Shown here: piece after piece, positions 13,706 to 28,039 of the stretch
Position numbering within the stretch: position 1 is the first letter of the stretch
Layout: every line of letters starts with the position of its first letter
Source of the DNA: Octopus vulgaris
Lineage: Eukaryota
Length of the DNA: 64,000 nucleotides
Assembly: GCA_951406725.2 (NCBI GenBank)
Contig: OX597821.1
Span: 35,712,001 to 35,776,000 of the forward strand
Direction: 5' to 3'
Position numbers and translations under genes: made by a program
The notes under the pieces: model-generated
Told to the model about the DNA's origin: nothing
The model's database searches: none
What the model saw: only the letters and a program-made list of their open reading frames with translations

Positions 13706-13955
13706 TAATTCAATGAACTTATACAATATTAAATGTCCATCCTGTTTGAACTAGTACTTTGATGCATTGAACGATGCAATCTTCAGGCTCGTGTAGTAGT
13801 ATGACAGTTAGCCATCTCACTTCAGTTGTGAATTGTAAAGCATAACGGTCACCACTACTACATGAACCTAAAGATTGCATAGTTTAATGCATGAAAGTAC
13901 TAGTTCAATCGAGAACGGATATTTAATATTCTATACGTTCATTGAATTATATTAT
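13706..13955. mobile_element. Foldback/MITE-like element with about 100-bp inverted arms
   Basis: taattcaatgaac...gaactagtacttt.atgcatt...tgcaatctt...gtagtagt mirrored by actactac...aagattgca...aatgcatgaaagtactagttc...gttcattgaatta. Confidence 0.8.
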
Positions 13956-14042
13956 CTTATACTATATCATCATAAGATTGTAAATGAAATGTAAAAATCA
14001 GACAAGGCTGGAATTTCTTTGAGTAATATATTATTCTATACT

Positions 14043-14258
14043 AAGGCGACGATGTAGCAGAAACGTTAGCACGCTGGGCGGATTGCTTAGCGGTATTTCG
14101 TCTGTCTTTATGTTCTGAGGTCAAGTTCCGCCGAGGTCGACTTTGCCTTTCATCCCTTCGGGGTCGATAAATTAAGGTACTAGTTGCGTACTGGTGTCGA
14201 TGTAATTGACTGGCCCCACTCCCCAAAAATTTCAGGCCTTCTCCCTAGAATAGAAAAG
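14043..14258 (+). mobile_element. SINE family B
   Basis: aggcg...gcagaaacgttagcacg...ttccgccgaggtcgactttgcctttcatcc; TSD aatatattattctatac. Confidence 0.9.
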
Positions 14259-14291
14259 AATATATTATTCTATACATAATCATGCACACCC

Positions 14292-14341
<50 letters not shown>

Positions 14342-14390
14342 GTGCCCATGTGGATACGAATATCTTTGTATGTACATCTTTTTCTTGAAG

Positions 14391-14484
14391 GATTTCATGA
14401 AATGTTTCGGCGGAAGTGATATGTCCTCCTATTCTGAAGACGACATTCATTTGATACCATTAAGGAATCTTCGGAATCTAACAG
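14391..14484 (+). CDS. Type II membrane F-type lectin gene, coding exon 2 (stalk)
   Basis: tttttcttgaag acceptor, cag|gtgagt donor; 94 nt, phase 0 to phase 1, bridges exon 1 and exon 3 exactly; DFMKCFGGSDMSSYSEDDIHLIPLRNLRNLT. Confidence 0.75.
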
Positions 14485-15884
14485 GTGAGTTAAATTATCA
14501 TTGAACCTTAGTCATACAAAGATTATGATGATGACATGATTTGTTTTTGATTTTTTTGAAACATAGACAGTTAGTAGTTTATTTTGAATAGTGAACATTT
14601 CTACGAATGTAGGAATGCTGTATGAAATAGTCTATGTTCAACCAGATGCTGCTGCCTGACAAGGAATATTAATATCAATACGACTTCCCCTATGTTTTTA
14701 GTGCTACAGAGGGAGGAAATGATTTCTGAAGATGTTATGTGGACTTTCTGGAATATATCATCTTAAAGTATACTGCTCATTCTGATCAGCAAAACATTTG
14801 TTTAGTTTTATATATCATATTTTCTCTAGAGTGTAACATTGTATATTTCTTTATAACAGCTTTGTTTGTTTATTGAAGGATCATGAAGATATTTTTAAAT
14901 CTCTACTACGACATTAGCTGCATATAATATTTTCCCTAGTTTCTGGATCTTGAATATGACAATATTTCCCACCCTGTGTGGATTGGCGCATGCGATGACC
15001 ATTCAAGCAATATGCGGGTCGATCACTATCTGCAGAAAAAAAGTAACGTTTGGATGCAGTGAACTAGGGCAGTGATTGGAAATTTTGTAAGAGAATCAAC
15101 TATTCTAAAACACTAAAGATTCTAGCGAGTTATCGAAAAGCCACCAGCGAAAGGTTCTCCCTGGAAAGAGGGAAAAGATTGAAAGGAGACATGGCTATAT
15201 CTGAAGAGGTTGTGGTTTGTAATAGTGAATATGGATTGATTAAGAAGTGGGCATGTGCCAAGTGTTCGGGATTACAAAGTTGAGTTTTGATATGAAACAA
15301 AATTGCAACATTAATATCTAACAAGTTAGCAACACGTCCTGGCATCTCAAGGTAGACAACTTCAAATAGCAGTTTCAAACAATATTTCATGGCATGTCAT
15401 ATATAGTACGCTTAAGGCATGGCATGTGTTCCAAGTGTTCCGGGTATATAATAATTGGAATTTTACTTTGAAATGAATTGCAAGTCTAGCATCCAGTATA
15501 ATATGAATGTATATTGAATGTGTGTGTAAGTTAATTGTGAATAAGATTATCATGTCTCAAGAAGTGAACGAACACTAAATTTATTCCATAAATCGCAAAT
15601 TTTGCATGTAATATCGAATAAATGGTGTTCGTTCACCGAAGCATACAAAGCTAGCATTGATTTTACTTCCCTTTACATTGTTTAAAATATTGCATATATT
15701 TGTCCATGTTTCTCCGTTTTAAACTCTTTAAATATATTCATCTGTTCCAATAAATCATACTTCCGGATATTTGTATGAAAGATGTATGAACGATACATAA
15801 AAATGATACACAACAAATTTAATTCATAGCAAAATATTATCCAGGAAATATCTAGTTGAATACATTAATCAAACACTTATTTCT

Positions 15885-17990
15885 TTGTCTCTTTGTTAAT
15901 TTTGTGTTACAATTTGTGAGCAATAGCGTCGTGATTTCCAATGGCTACATGTGAATGCATTTGGAAGACCTGTCAGCCATTCATACTTACTTGTCTTCAC
16001 TAGAATTGTTACCTTCTTCCTCTCGTCGTTTTACTTCTAGTCTTCAGTAAGGTCCGTCACAAACAATGTGCCCCAGGTTTTGGGCGTTCATGTTAACCCT
16101 AAGCGTAATTTCTCCCTGTCCCATATCTTTCAAACGAATTTGAAGTCACTTTAGAGCGCATATCCCGCTTTGCATACTGAACAGGTTCTTCGAGATCCTT
16201 TAATCTGACATTCAGTGTAGTGAGCTAGCCAGCAGATACGTCATTCTTAGATCTGAGTGGCGAGGCTGAGTGTCTGGACGCTGTCCACAACCCCATTGTT
16301 TGTGAAAAGATTTTTAAGCCTCATATCTAGGTTTCGTTTCAGGATCAACGAAGCTGGAAAACGGTAAGATCCTGTTTTTTTATCTAGAGTCGAGAAGCTC
16401 TAGGTCTCCTTACTAGAGCAGCGTGCTTAAGACGCAAGTGCTCTACTCTGAAGCTTTCGTGTGCATCATAAGCTTCTTATCCTTTCAAACTCTCATTGCA
16501 AGTATGAATTCTGATGAAACTGCTCATTCAATCTTGATATCAGAATGTAGGGAGATGTTGTGTTGATGGTGGAACCAAGGTATGTGAACACGGGATCTAC
16601 TCCCAGCTCACAACATGTGATGGTAGTCGCAGAATACTGCTCAACACTTTCGCACAGAACTTTCGTTTTCCGCTGAATGATGATTAAGCACAGGTCTTCC
16701 AATTGCTAGAGCGTTATTATTAAACAGTGGATCCCTGTTGAGAATTTCGCACAATTTTGTTTTGCTTGTCTTACCTTTTATGAAGGTAAACAGAAAGAAT
16801 TGATATTCTAAAAAGGAGTTTCGGCTTGACAGCGAAGATGCTTAACATGTTGGGTGAAAATTTAAAGCCTTATTTCATCCCACAGTCGAAGCTAAAGCCT
16901 TGTGAGGAAAGGCTAAGTAAAGTGCGCCTTCCTTGTCTGTGTTGAATGAGTTAAGACCTCTAAAAAGTCGAAGGATGTCAATTCTGGCTTAGGTTTTTGA
17001 ACAATGTCTCTACAATGCGAGAGAGATCTTCGTGAAACGAACGAAGAAGACCTAAACTGGTTGCCTTTAATCTCTATTATTTCTTTTAACTGCCAAAATA
17101 AATCATGTCAATTTCAAAGCATTTTAAGTTGAATAGGCATTAAGGCACACAGATATATGCTTCCAAAGACTTTTCAGATACACTTTCTGGAGCCACGTAG
17201 GCAAGGGTCTCTCCAACATTAGGAAGTACTCTTTGCCGCATGTTACAGCAGATTCTATCCACATTGTATCCTAATACACAGTGACCATGTACCTGTCCAT
17301 CAACGTGTGGGACTGCTCCTTATTTCTAGCGCAAGCACAGAGGTTTTTGTGATTAATAGCTTCTCTTGGCTAATTTAATGACCTTTATTAGACTGCTGTT
17401 CAATAATGGTGCTTTAGCGATTGGAAGATGGTCAATGATTTTACTCAGCTCTTCAGCTAGCAGTCCACAGTGTCTAGTGGATTTTCCAAAATATTATTTT
17501 CCGTGTATCAGTCCAGAATAGTGATTGATCTATTTTTCCATCTGATTGAATTTTTTTGATGATCGAAACCTGGCATTCTTTACAGTGCTGGCGTCATATT
17601 CATTGTTGTGCGAGCTAAGTTGAGCTAATGACCTATTTGACTCCTAAATAGATTCTAAGAGTAAACATCGAATGAGTCAAATGAGGACTGATTGTCTTCA
17701 GTTACCTGTAGCCAGTAGCCATTTGTACTGGCTCTGATTATTTTCTGAGCTTCGGTTGTTACTGTTATTAGTATCTACATGATTATTTGTGATATGACAG
17801 AGAAAAACTTACTTCAACTCGCTTCAAAGCTTTCATTTGAAATCCACGCGCACATACGCGGCCCACACACAGCCATTCTTACATTTCCCTTCCAATTCCG
17901 AACCACAAAATCTGAACAAGATTTTCCTACCATCATCATGTTAGGAGCTACTTTGCTCTCGAAGGAAATTCGTTAGCATCATGGCCTTAT
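15885..17990 (-). mobile_element. Degraded RTE-clade LINE (ORF remnants)
   Basis: Minus-strand motifs EELSKIIDHLPIAKAP and KTKVL...VFTYLGSTI typical of the RTE RT region; many stops. Confidence 0.7.
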
Positions 17991-18564
17991 CTTCACCCAT
18001 ACATATTCATATGCCCTAATCAAAGTGAAAAGATGAAAATATAGGAAACGAAATGATTCTGTATGTATGTGGATGTATAAACATACATACACACACACAT
18101 ACACACACATACGCACGCACGAACGCACTCACTCACGCGGTGTGGGAGTATGTATTTCCTTTGCACCAATGAAACAATTTATCACTGTTCTTATAGCTAA
18201 AGTTACAATTGCCGTTACTATCATTATTATTATTTCTAAATAATTATCACGAAACTACAAATAATATTTGGTGTTACTTTGCTTCACAGTTATTTATTTT
18301 TTACATTAATCTTAATCTTATTTCGGCCAGAGTTCTTTCGTCACACTCCTGTGACCGCATCAGTGGTCCTTTGTTTTCTTCTTACTTATTTGTGTCTCTC
18401 CTTACTAACCGTCAGCCATTTTGTATTTTTATTGGCTAAACTGGCAAACTGACCATTCCGAAATATAACAATATCTGTTTCAACACACGACTTCACATAA
18501 GAAATCTTGCACAACAAATATTTAAACGTACAAATAATAATTGCTGTTTTATTTCTTGTACTAG

Positions 18565-18699
18565 GTAGCACGCTAATGGACTTCAACTATGCCCTGGAAA
18601 AGCCATGTAAACAGTCTTCCACAGGCGGAGTGAACGGCAGCATGGAGGGAGATTCCAGTTATGCAGTAGACGGAGATTTTAAAACCTGTTCACGAACTG
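18565..18699 (+). CDS. F-type lectin gene, coding exon 3 (FTP domain start)
   Basis: ttcttgtactag acceptor, ctg|gtaatg donor, phase 1-1; STLMDFNYALEKPCKQSSTGGVNGSMEGDSSYAVDGDFKTCSRT has the N.AL.K...QSS...AVDG...C..T signature. Confidence 0.9.
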
Positions 18700-19181
18700 G
18701 TAATGCACTGATAACCTATGACATGTTTTGTCCCCTACAGTAAATCTTATACGTCGTTTGAGAGATTCAAATTAATAGAAGAATACAATAAGTGCGCATA
18801 TCTTTCCGAAATTCATCCACGCTGATGTCCACACATGCATGAGCGCACACACATAAACACACACACGCACGCACACATTCGCACGCACGCACGCACACAT
18901 ATACAAATACACATGTACACACATATACATATATATTTACATGCCAAAGTGCGTGAGTGATTGAATCAACATCATCATGTTTATCATCATCATCATCAAC
19001 ATCATCAACATCATCGTCGTCTTCGTCTTCGTCATTCCCATTATCATTTCGCTAGTGCATGCTAATTTAGTTAGTAGTAATTCTATCTGGATGTTTGGTG
19101 ACAAGTCTCTTAAAATCTGAAGTCTTTCGTAGGATTCTTGCAGGAATTATTATTATTATTGCTACTGCTATTATTATTATT

Positions 19182-19800
19182 GAGTGAGAGAGCAGTGCAT
19201 GCCATCAAAGTGACACTGGGGTAAAATATACGAAGCCCAGTATACCCATCATGACTACCCGTCTGATAAGGTTACACCAGGCACATGCATCACAACCACA
19301 TGTGCGCGACATGGTGATCTCATAAAGATTAACAGCGCATGACCTTGCAGGTGGGGCCCAGTTAGAATTTTCTTCTGGTCGAGTAGCACATCCCGCTCAA
19401 AAGGTTCTTGAATAAAGATTGTTTAAGGATGTTGAACGAACCACCCATGTTTCCAAAGGTGAATTATCCAAACCTCCAAGAATTCCTTTTAGCACACGAT
19501 TATGATGCTTCCCAACTACTTCAGTAGTTTTATTTTTATATCGTAATTTCACTTCACTACCGAGCGCAGCTCTGTGTGCCTTGGGTATGTGTCGTGGTTA
19601 GTTGCGATGCTCTTATAGTTACTGTATTGAAAGTGTTTTGCGTAGGATGTGTACAGTGCCCAATAGTGCAATTTTCTGTATGTTATATATATTTGTAAGT
19701 CCTGGTGTTTTTGTTATGTATTTGTCTGGACATTTTTTATCATACCGAATGCGCCTGCTATGATTGGAATTGTTTCTGTTTTTAGATTCCACATTCGAGT
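19182..19800 (-). mobile_element. R4/Dong-like RLE non-LTR retrotransposon 3' end in (TAA)n
   Basis: Minus strand TRMWNLKTETIPIIAGAFGMIK...IQKIALLGTVHILRKTLSIQ* (19619-19800); (ATT)n arrays on both sides. Confidence 0.8.
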
Positions 19801-20490
19801 AATTATTGTTATTATTATTACTATATTATTATTATTATTATTATTATTATTGTTGTTGTTGTTGTTGTTGTTGTTGTTATTATCATTATCAATGGAAACC
19901 TCTTTTAATGTTGTGCGTAATATTTATTCTAGGTTTATATTAACCTGTAGATTGGCAGGAATATAATGATATTTGAGGTATCAAGGTATTTTGATCAAAT
20001 TTACCCATCTTTGACGAATATCATCAGCTTTTGTTGAATATTGTGAATCCACTTAATTTAGGTTTATTGTTAAAATTTATTCTAATCAATATACGATTAT
20101 TGCAATACAATATATTGATATTATGTGCAGTAGTTTATCTGTATGGTAATCATTCGTTAATGAGATTTCGGAAGTAAATTGGGATGATTTATATGGTCTC
20201 CCATAACAAGTTATTCAAGCTGAAAATATCTAATAAGCTATTGAATTACTAGTTTATGTGTTCAAATATTTTGTAGGCGTTTTCTTTTAGTTTGTATACG
20301 ATAACTCTGCCCCCACGCTAAAACTTGACGTGTGATCAAGATCTTCGCTTCCAAATCCCGTGGTTACAGATTCGACCACATTAAAGTGTCTTCAGCTGCA
20401 AGGGAATTCGTAGATTTTGTGTATTTATTTGCTATGAGAAATGAAAATATAACGCTTCGGTTATTTGACAATCTACTGAGAAAGGGAACA

Positions 20491-20627
<137 letters not shown>

Positions 20628-20976
20628 ATGTATGTATATATGTATGTATGTATGTGTGCATGTGTATGCGTGTGTGTATTTACCATTATAACTATAACAA
20701 TATATATAGTAATGATATATATTCACCGATTTCAAGCGACATTTATATATAAGCAATTTGACAGAAAGCTATTGGGCTAACCCTAGTCAGAAACGAACCC
20801 ATATATCAACGCTTACATTGCTATATGCGCATCCAATTGAGCCAAATGCTCACCCATCAATTTTAGCCAAATTTTACGGGTATATACTTCAACTGTCTAA
20901 TACTACATATAATATTTATAAACAAACCACAGTCGCTTTCTCTCCGTAACTTACAAAGCCCTCTGTCTTGTTTGTA

Positions 20977-21023
<47 letters not shown>

Positions 21024-21049
21024 CATACATAATGAAACACTTCGGTCTT

Positions 21050-21330
21050 GAATGACCATGGAATTGCACCTAGAAAGTTTCCCTCTGAGGCACAACTTCG
21101 GGTAAGGTTGTCTATGGAAGACCACCAGTCGTCCATGCATAGCAGCCTCCACTCTCCACGACATCGATGTTATGTAAGGCAAATGCAAAGGCTGATACAG
21201 CTTGGAACAGTGACGTCACAACTCATTTCTATAGCTAAGTGAACTGGAGCAACGTGAAATAAAGTGTCTTGCCCAAGAACACAGCACACAGCCCGGTCGA
21301 AGAATCGAACTCACTACCTCATAGTTGTGA
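21050..21330 (-). mobile_element. SINE family C
   Basis: Reverse complement of 13389-13703. Confidence 0.85.
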
Positions 21331-21402
21331 GTGATGTGTGTGTGATGATAGACATATATAGGCAGAGAGACAGATAGATCAATCGATCGATCGATAGATA
21401 GG

Positions 21403-21471
<69 letters not shown>

Positions 21472-24050
21472 CTGAGTCAATATTAGTGGGTGGATGTTAC
21501 TGAACGTAGACTGCAAATCAGAGTATTTTCGAGATGTGTATGAAGGCTCAAACTATTAGATGTTCTTTTGTTCTTTTGTCGAAGATAAAATGTTTCCATT
21601 TGTTTTTGAGAGTCATGATAGAGGCAAAATGTTGGAGAACGCCAAGGAGAAATCGTGGGTTACCTGAATCTCTGAATGTTGTTAACAAAGTCCAAGAAAG
21701 GTGTACGATTTCTTTTATCTTTGCCTTATATCTATCCTGCCTTATGAGCCAACTTGTCTAGACGATAGCCATTATGACTAAGCGATAAATGTGAAAGTTA
21801 TGTTCTTCAGCTGCCATATTTATTGTGAATTGCAAATCCGACATTTTCTTCAGTCATTTCCAACTGGAAGTGATAAGCAGATATTGATGCACTGTGTTTC
21901 AGTTATGCGAGGGCTTTCTATTTGAATATAGGTTTTAAATGTTTATAGTTAAACCTACATTTCTGACATTTTTCCATGGTTTGTCAGCTGGAAATGGATA
22001 AATGTAATATGTTCGATATATAGTGAAATTATTATTTTAACATAGACATTAGTCTAACAAGTCTTTTACGAAATGTGACCCATGTATTTTGCTGTGGTGC
22101 ACTAAATCTGCGTGAAATATCATTTAATTTCATATGATAAATGACACATATCACAAAATTTATTAGCTGACACATACCACAAAAGGAGCACCTACTTTTT
22201 GAACAAGTCAGAATACGGACAAGATAATACTGACGAGTATTTACGTTGAATGTTATTTGCCTTTAATTTCCGTAGATGTAATTTCTAAATAGATATTTGA
22301 GTCGCGAAGCAGAGGTTACATACTACGAAAGCATTCTAAAGATTTGTCAATCCGTGTCTGGTATTGGATTTCATTGAGTGCGAAAGTATGAATGACAAAT
22401 TTGACGTCTGCGTGATTTGAAATCACAAAAGAAAATTTTTAATTAGTATAGTTTCTGATACTTTCTCACTTCAAAATCTGTGTACAGTGTATTGGAAAGC
22501 TCGATATATATCTTCCATCTTCAGATGAGTATGTGAAGTGTAGCAGCACAATGAAGAACTTAACGAAAGCGATAACCATCCAACTCTCTAAGGTCTAATC
22601 TTACTGATTAAAGGGTGATATATAAACAGTAGTTCAATATTTTGAAACTTCTCTCTCTCTCTCTTTCACTCTCTCTTGCTCGTTCTATCTCGCTTTATCT
22701 TCCCCGAGCTTTTTCCTCTCTCGCACTTTATCTCCCTAGGTCTTTTTGGTTCTACCGCACACTTCTCTCATACAATTCTCTCATTATAGAATGTCTTCCT
22801 ACAAGAGTTAAAATATGTTCAATGAAACTTATTTTGAATACGACGTAAGTGCCTTAACTCCCTCCACACCCCCACAACCCCCAAAAAACAGGAGTGATTA
22901 TATATATTAACGTAGACATTCAATTATAACAATAAAGATTCCTCATAAAAATCTTATTTGGCTATTTCTTCACAAAATCACATGTTTCTATAAGATTCTA
23001 CGTTGGTATCATATATTTGTGAACATTGATAATATAAAATACAAATATCATATATTTTCTTTTATTTTTAATGCAAGCCAGTGGAGGGAACAGTTTCGTT
23101 TACTCAAGAATATAAGAATAAAATAATACAATAGTAAAGTTATTTTCATGAATCAGCAAAATGCAACTAGCGTTAGAAAACAGTAATTAGTTATCCAATA
23201 TTTCACGAATGACTTAGTATGGATTAGGTTGCTAAATGTATTAGATTGTTTATCTTCGTCGAAACACTTTTTTCATAGCAGTGATAATGCCAAATAATTT
23301 AATCAAGTTCCACTGTTTTCTGTTATAGTTTCTTATTACCTGTTCATTGAAAAAATTGAGTTTATCATAAATAAAACTGATACTCAGTACCTTAAAATGT
23401 TTTTAAAAATCACTTTTATTTTTATATTTAATGCATTATTTTCATGAGTATCTATTCCTGCATAGAATCACTAAGTATGATTAATTTAATATTGGACTGA
23501 GACGGTCGCTCATATCAAATTATTCAGCAATTTATAACACTGTCATATTATTAACTTGGACTATAATATTTTTATGCGTCCTGAAGGTTTTTTTCATAGG
23601 CTGCAGAGAAAAGCGAATATCTACAATGAACTAAAGGGAAAACATCATTAGTAAATCTGCCTGGGGATATACGTGAATCATATAATACTTTTCCTTCATA
23701 AAAAGGAGACGTGTTAGGTGCAGTTAAGCATATCCTATACAACGGTGAGCCAATATATATTGAGACTAATATAATCAGATTACAATCGCCAGGAAATTGA
23801 ATTCTGTTTCATTAAATTGCAATTTCTGTTCGATGTCAAGAAGTTGTTTGGAGCAAACGCATCGGTTTTAACTCATATCATCTCGAAGATTCTTTCAATT
23901 GCTTTCTTGTTTAAAGATTTCATATTCAATTATCTATGTTTATACTAAATACAAAAATGATGGGTGTGTATAATTGAGTGTATATATGTCAATGTATGAC
24001 TGTATAGGTGAATATATGTATGTATATACATACATGCATGCACAGACACG

Positions 24051-24108
<58 letters not shown>

Positions 24109-24423
24109 TACATACAAAAGATACGCCTAGAATATTATGTACGACTCTCACCAATTTTTTCCTTCTTTTTCCTCTTCCTTCCTTCTCTTTCCCTCTCTGT
24201 CTCTCTGTTTCTCCCTTTTTCTCTCCGTCTCTCCCACTCTCTCGATCTACTCCCTTAGTTCTTCCTTTTCTCTCTATCTCTCTTTTGTCTCTCTCTCTCC
24301 CCAGCGTTCCTCTGTCCCTCTGATTTCATTTTCCCTCTCTCGTATTCCTTAATCTCATTTTTTCCCTCCCTCTTATCTCTCACTCTCTTTTGCTTTCCTT
24401 CCTCACCTCCCTTGTACCTTACT

Positions 24424-24462
<39 letters not shown>

Positions 24463-24639
24463 TTTTCTCTCTACCTCACATTCTGTGATCCCTCTCTCTC
24501 ATTATTTGGTCCCTCTCCTCCTTTACCATGTGATCGCTGTTCAGTTTATGCATTGAAATCCTTAGTCACAGATGTTCTGGTTTGTTTCGCCACCCGGTCA
24601 GTTAAGATTTTTCCATTTCCTTTTTCCTTGTACTAGCTT

Positions 24640-25072
24640 ACTACACTGTCTGATAGCTGAAACACCATGTTTGTTTTATTTTATTTTTGTTGTAATTGTA
24701 TAATTATTTTCCTTTGGTTGTTTAGCCGAAAGGCTTTTGTCCTTTGTATGTGTATAAATCTATCCTTAACGTTACTTTCGTCCGTTAGTCGAAAGACACT
24801 TTCTGTTTTCTTATTTCCTTGTGTTTTTATGGGTACATTCGTTTGCCTTGCTTTGGGGCGTAATGCCTTCAGCTTAAGCTCTTGGCCCAACTGTTTTCGA
24901 GTCACATCGGAGAAGACTGGGCGAAACTACGTGGACATTCCAGACTCCGACTGAAGAAGCAATTGGCTGCGAATGATCCGTGTATCTCGTTTTGTCCCGT
25001 TTGCCGTTGTACTATCGTCCTTTGCTTGCTTGTTATATTTTGACGATTTCCGTTTGTTTTGTTTTTTACCTT
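24640..25072 (+). mobile_element. Penelope pLTR-like fragment ending in (TA)n with hammerhead-like motif
   Basis: 24948-24989 CGA-CUGAAGA-A-GCA(AUUGGC)UGC-GAAU...AUC-UCG, then a T-rich tail and (TA)n. Confidence 0.5.
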
Positions 25073-25084
25073 ATATATATATAT

Positions 25085-25470
25085 AGTAGCTTGCTAACCA
25101 ACCACATGGTTCCGGGTTCAGTCCCACTGCGTGACATCTTGGGCAAGTGTCTTCTGCTATAGCCCCGGGCCGACCAATGCCTTGTGAGTGGATTTGGTAG
25201 ACGGAAACTGAAAGAAGCCTGTCGTATATATGTATGTATATATATATAAGTGTATGTGTATATGTTTGTGTGCCTGTGTTTGTCTCCCTAGCATTGCTTG
25301 ACAACCGATGCTGGTGTGTTTACGTCCCCGTCACTTAGCGGTTCGGCAAAAGAGACCAATTGAATAAGTACAGGGCTTACAAAGAATAAGTCCCGGGGTC
25401 GATTTGCTCGACTAAAGGCGGTGCTCCAGCATGGCCGCAGTCAAATGACTGAAACAAGTAAAAGAGTAAA
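25085..25470 (+). mobile_element. SINE family A, 5'-truncated
   Basis: Near-identical to 5535-5940. Confidence 0.9.
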
Positions 25471-25510
<40 letters not shown>

Positions 25511-25513
<3 letters not shown>

Positions 25514-25848
25514 CGCAGGCGTGCCTGTGTGGTAAGAAGCTTGCTTCCTAAGCACATGGTTCGGTGTTCAGTCCCACTGAGTGGCTCCTTGGGCAAGTGT
25601 CTTCTACTATAGCATCGGGCCGACCAACGCCTTGTGAGTGTATTTGGTAAAGGGAAACTGAAGGAAGCCCGTCGTATACATATACATACATTTCTGTGGT
25701 TGTGTCTGTGTTTGTCCCCGTAATCTAGCGCTTCGGCATAAGCGACCGATAGAATGAGTACCAGGCTTACAAAGTCTAAGCTTACAAAGTCTAAGGTTAG
25801 ATTTCTCTGACTGAAAAGTGATGCTCAAGCTTGGCCACAGTCAAATTG
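25511..25848 (+). mobile_element. SINE family A, diverged
   Basis: aggcgcaggcgtgcctgtgtggtaag head and body homology. Confidence 0.85.
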
Positions 25849-26354
25849 ACATAATAAGGTGGTTATCTATCAGAATCGGTGGCTACCTGGCAAAATACTT
25901 AGCAACGTTTTTTTCCGTCAATACTCTCTGGGTTCAAATTCTTTCGAAGTCGACATTACCTTTCATCTTTTTAGAGTCGATAAAATAAGTAGCAGATGAA
26001 AGCTGGGGATGATGTAATCGACTTGCTCCATCTGGTCTTGTGCCAGAATTTGAAATCATTATTAAAATAACATGAAAAGACGCTTCTCGAGAGAAGAGCT
26101 TATGACAGAACAGGTATTTTCAACATACGTGATCGTATACATACGCATTCACTCTCTCTCCCTCTCTCCTTCTCTGTTTCCCTTTCCTTCACTCCCTCTC
26201 TCTTCCACACACTCTCTCTTTTTCTCTCTCTCCAGTTCCTTCTCTCCCTCTCTCCTCCCCCTCTCTCTCTCTCTCTCTCTCAAACACACTGAGTCGCTTA
26301 TACACACACACACACACACTGACTCGCTCAGACACATATATATACTTATGGATG

Positions 26355-26387
<33 letters not shown>

Positions 26388-28039
26388 AAATATCCATAAA
26401 TAACAATAAGTTAATGTACAGGTGCAACACATCTACTTCGACACACTTGTACCAACAGTTATACTCACTCTTTCTATTTTATCTCTTTCACGCTTTGTTT
26501 TATTGCGTTACTTTATTTCCCTCACAGACAATCATTTTATGAACGTCACGTACATGATCAACACCCACAGCTAGTGTGTGCTACAGATGTAGATATATGA
26601 AGCAATAAAATTTGTGTTTAGATTCAGTCACACATCGTGTAAATAAACGCGTCTTACTTGAATATACAGCCATTAATGATGTGTCATTAACAATCAACTA
26701 TACATACATAAAGTTCCAATTTAAAATCTATTGCAAGCATGCAACTGCGATTAGATATGACATTCTAACATCATTTCAGTAACTGTTTTAAGTGTCTATG
26801 TATATAGACACTATGTATATAGACGCCAGGGGACGTAGGAAACCTTTAGATGCTCACACCTTTTGACTTAGCATAAGGATGTAACAACTGGTGGGGGGAA
26901 AGAGCTGAGTGCTGCACCAGAACACGGTTCTAACTCATTTTTAGCTGAGAGGAGTGGAGTAACGTAAAATGAAGTGGCTTGCTCAAGAACACAAAACGGC
27001 GCCTATACCGATAAACGAACCCACGGCATTATAATCGTGAGTCCAGTGTTCTTATCACTGGGCTATGTATCTTCACACTCCCTCTTTGATAAATCATATA
27101 TTGTGACAAGCAGTTTCAATCTATCTTGGAAATGCATTTACACCGTGTATTACTTAGCTCTCTTTCTCTGGATTTACACACAAACGTATACGCTCGATCA
27201 TATGCACATACATATCCACAGAAATACACACGTTTCGTGTACATTCACTCATTTATAAGCGTATGCATTGAAAAAAATAATTCGCACCAAACTGATATTT
27301 TCCCCAAAAATTGATCATGTGCCCAATTACTTTACTTCTCACTTCTTTCTCTTTCTTATATCTAAATTACGTTCTCTAGCATATTATTCGTAAAAAATTA
27401 AGCATACACAGATATACACACAAATATATAAATAGAAATTATCCAAACACTTCATGAAGTTACATTTAGCAGACTGAAAAAAATCACCTGATTAAGCAGA
27501 TTTTCTATGCAGAAATTTATCTGGAAAAGGATTCCATATTTCATGCTTTTTTTATAGCTTAAACTATGCAGAAAATGGCAGAATGACAGGAGTTTTGGTA
27601 AAGTTTATGAGAGGAAACATGCCTAAAATATCTAAAAACAATACCAAAAGCTAAGGCAGATTCACTATAGAGTCATATAACATATATTCATACATACAGA
27701 AGTAAATTATTTGAGTTTGAGTTAAAATTTCAGATTTGACATATTTTTATATTTCACAAATTTTAAAATATATTCTGAAGGAGGTAACCGACCTGAAAAC
27801 CTAACACTATATTTTATAAGCAAACAGAACCATATGTTGATATTCCAATATCAGAGCAATAAGTCAAGATAATGTGAATTAAGGAAATTTATATCAACGA
27901 TGGTTGTTGTAATTTAATGACAGAGCACTTAAAATATTGCTTAAGAAGCAAAAAGTTTCACATCCACACGTCAAAATCACTAGCTCTATCCACACGCACA
28001 CACTTACACTCTCCCACATACACACACGCACGCGCACTT

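Noticed and set aside
27775-27805. Hammerhead-like CTGAAGG-AGGT(AACCG)ACCT-GAAA
   Set aside because: No stem I or III pairing, no NUH site, not in a (TA)n-flanked repeat; likely chance.
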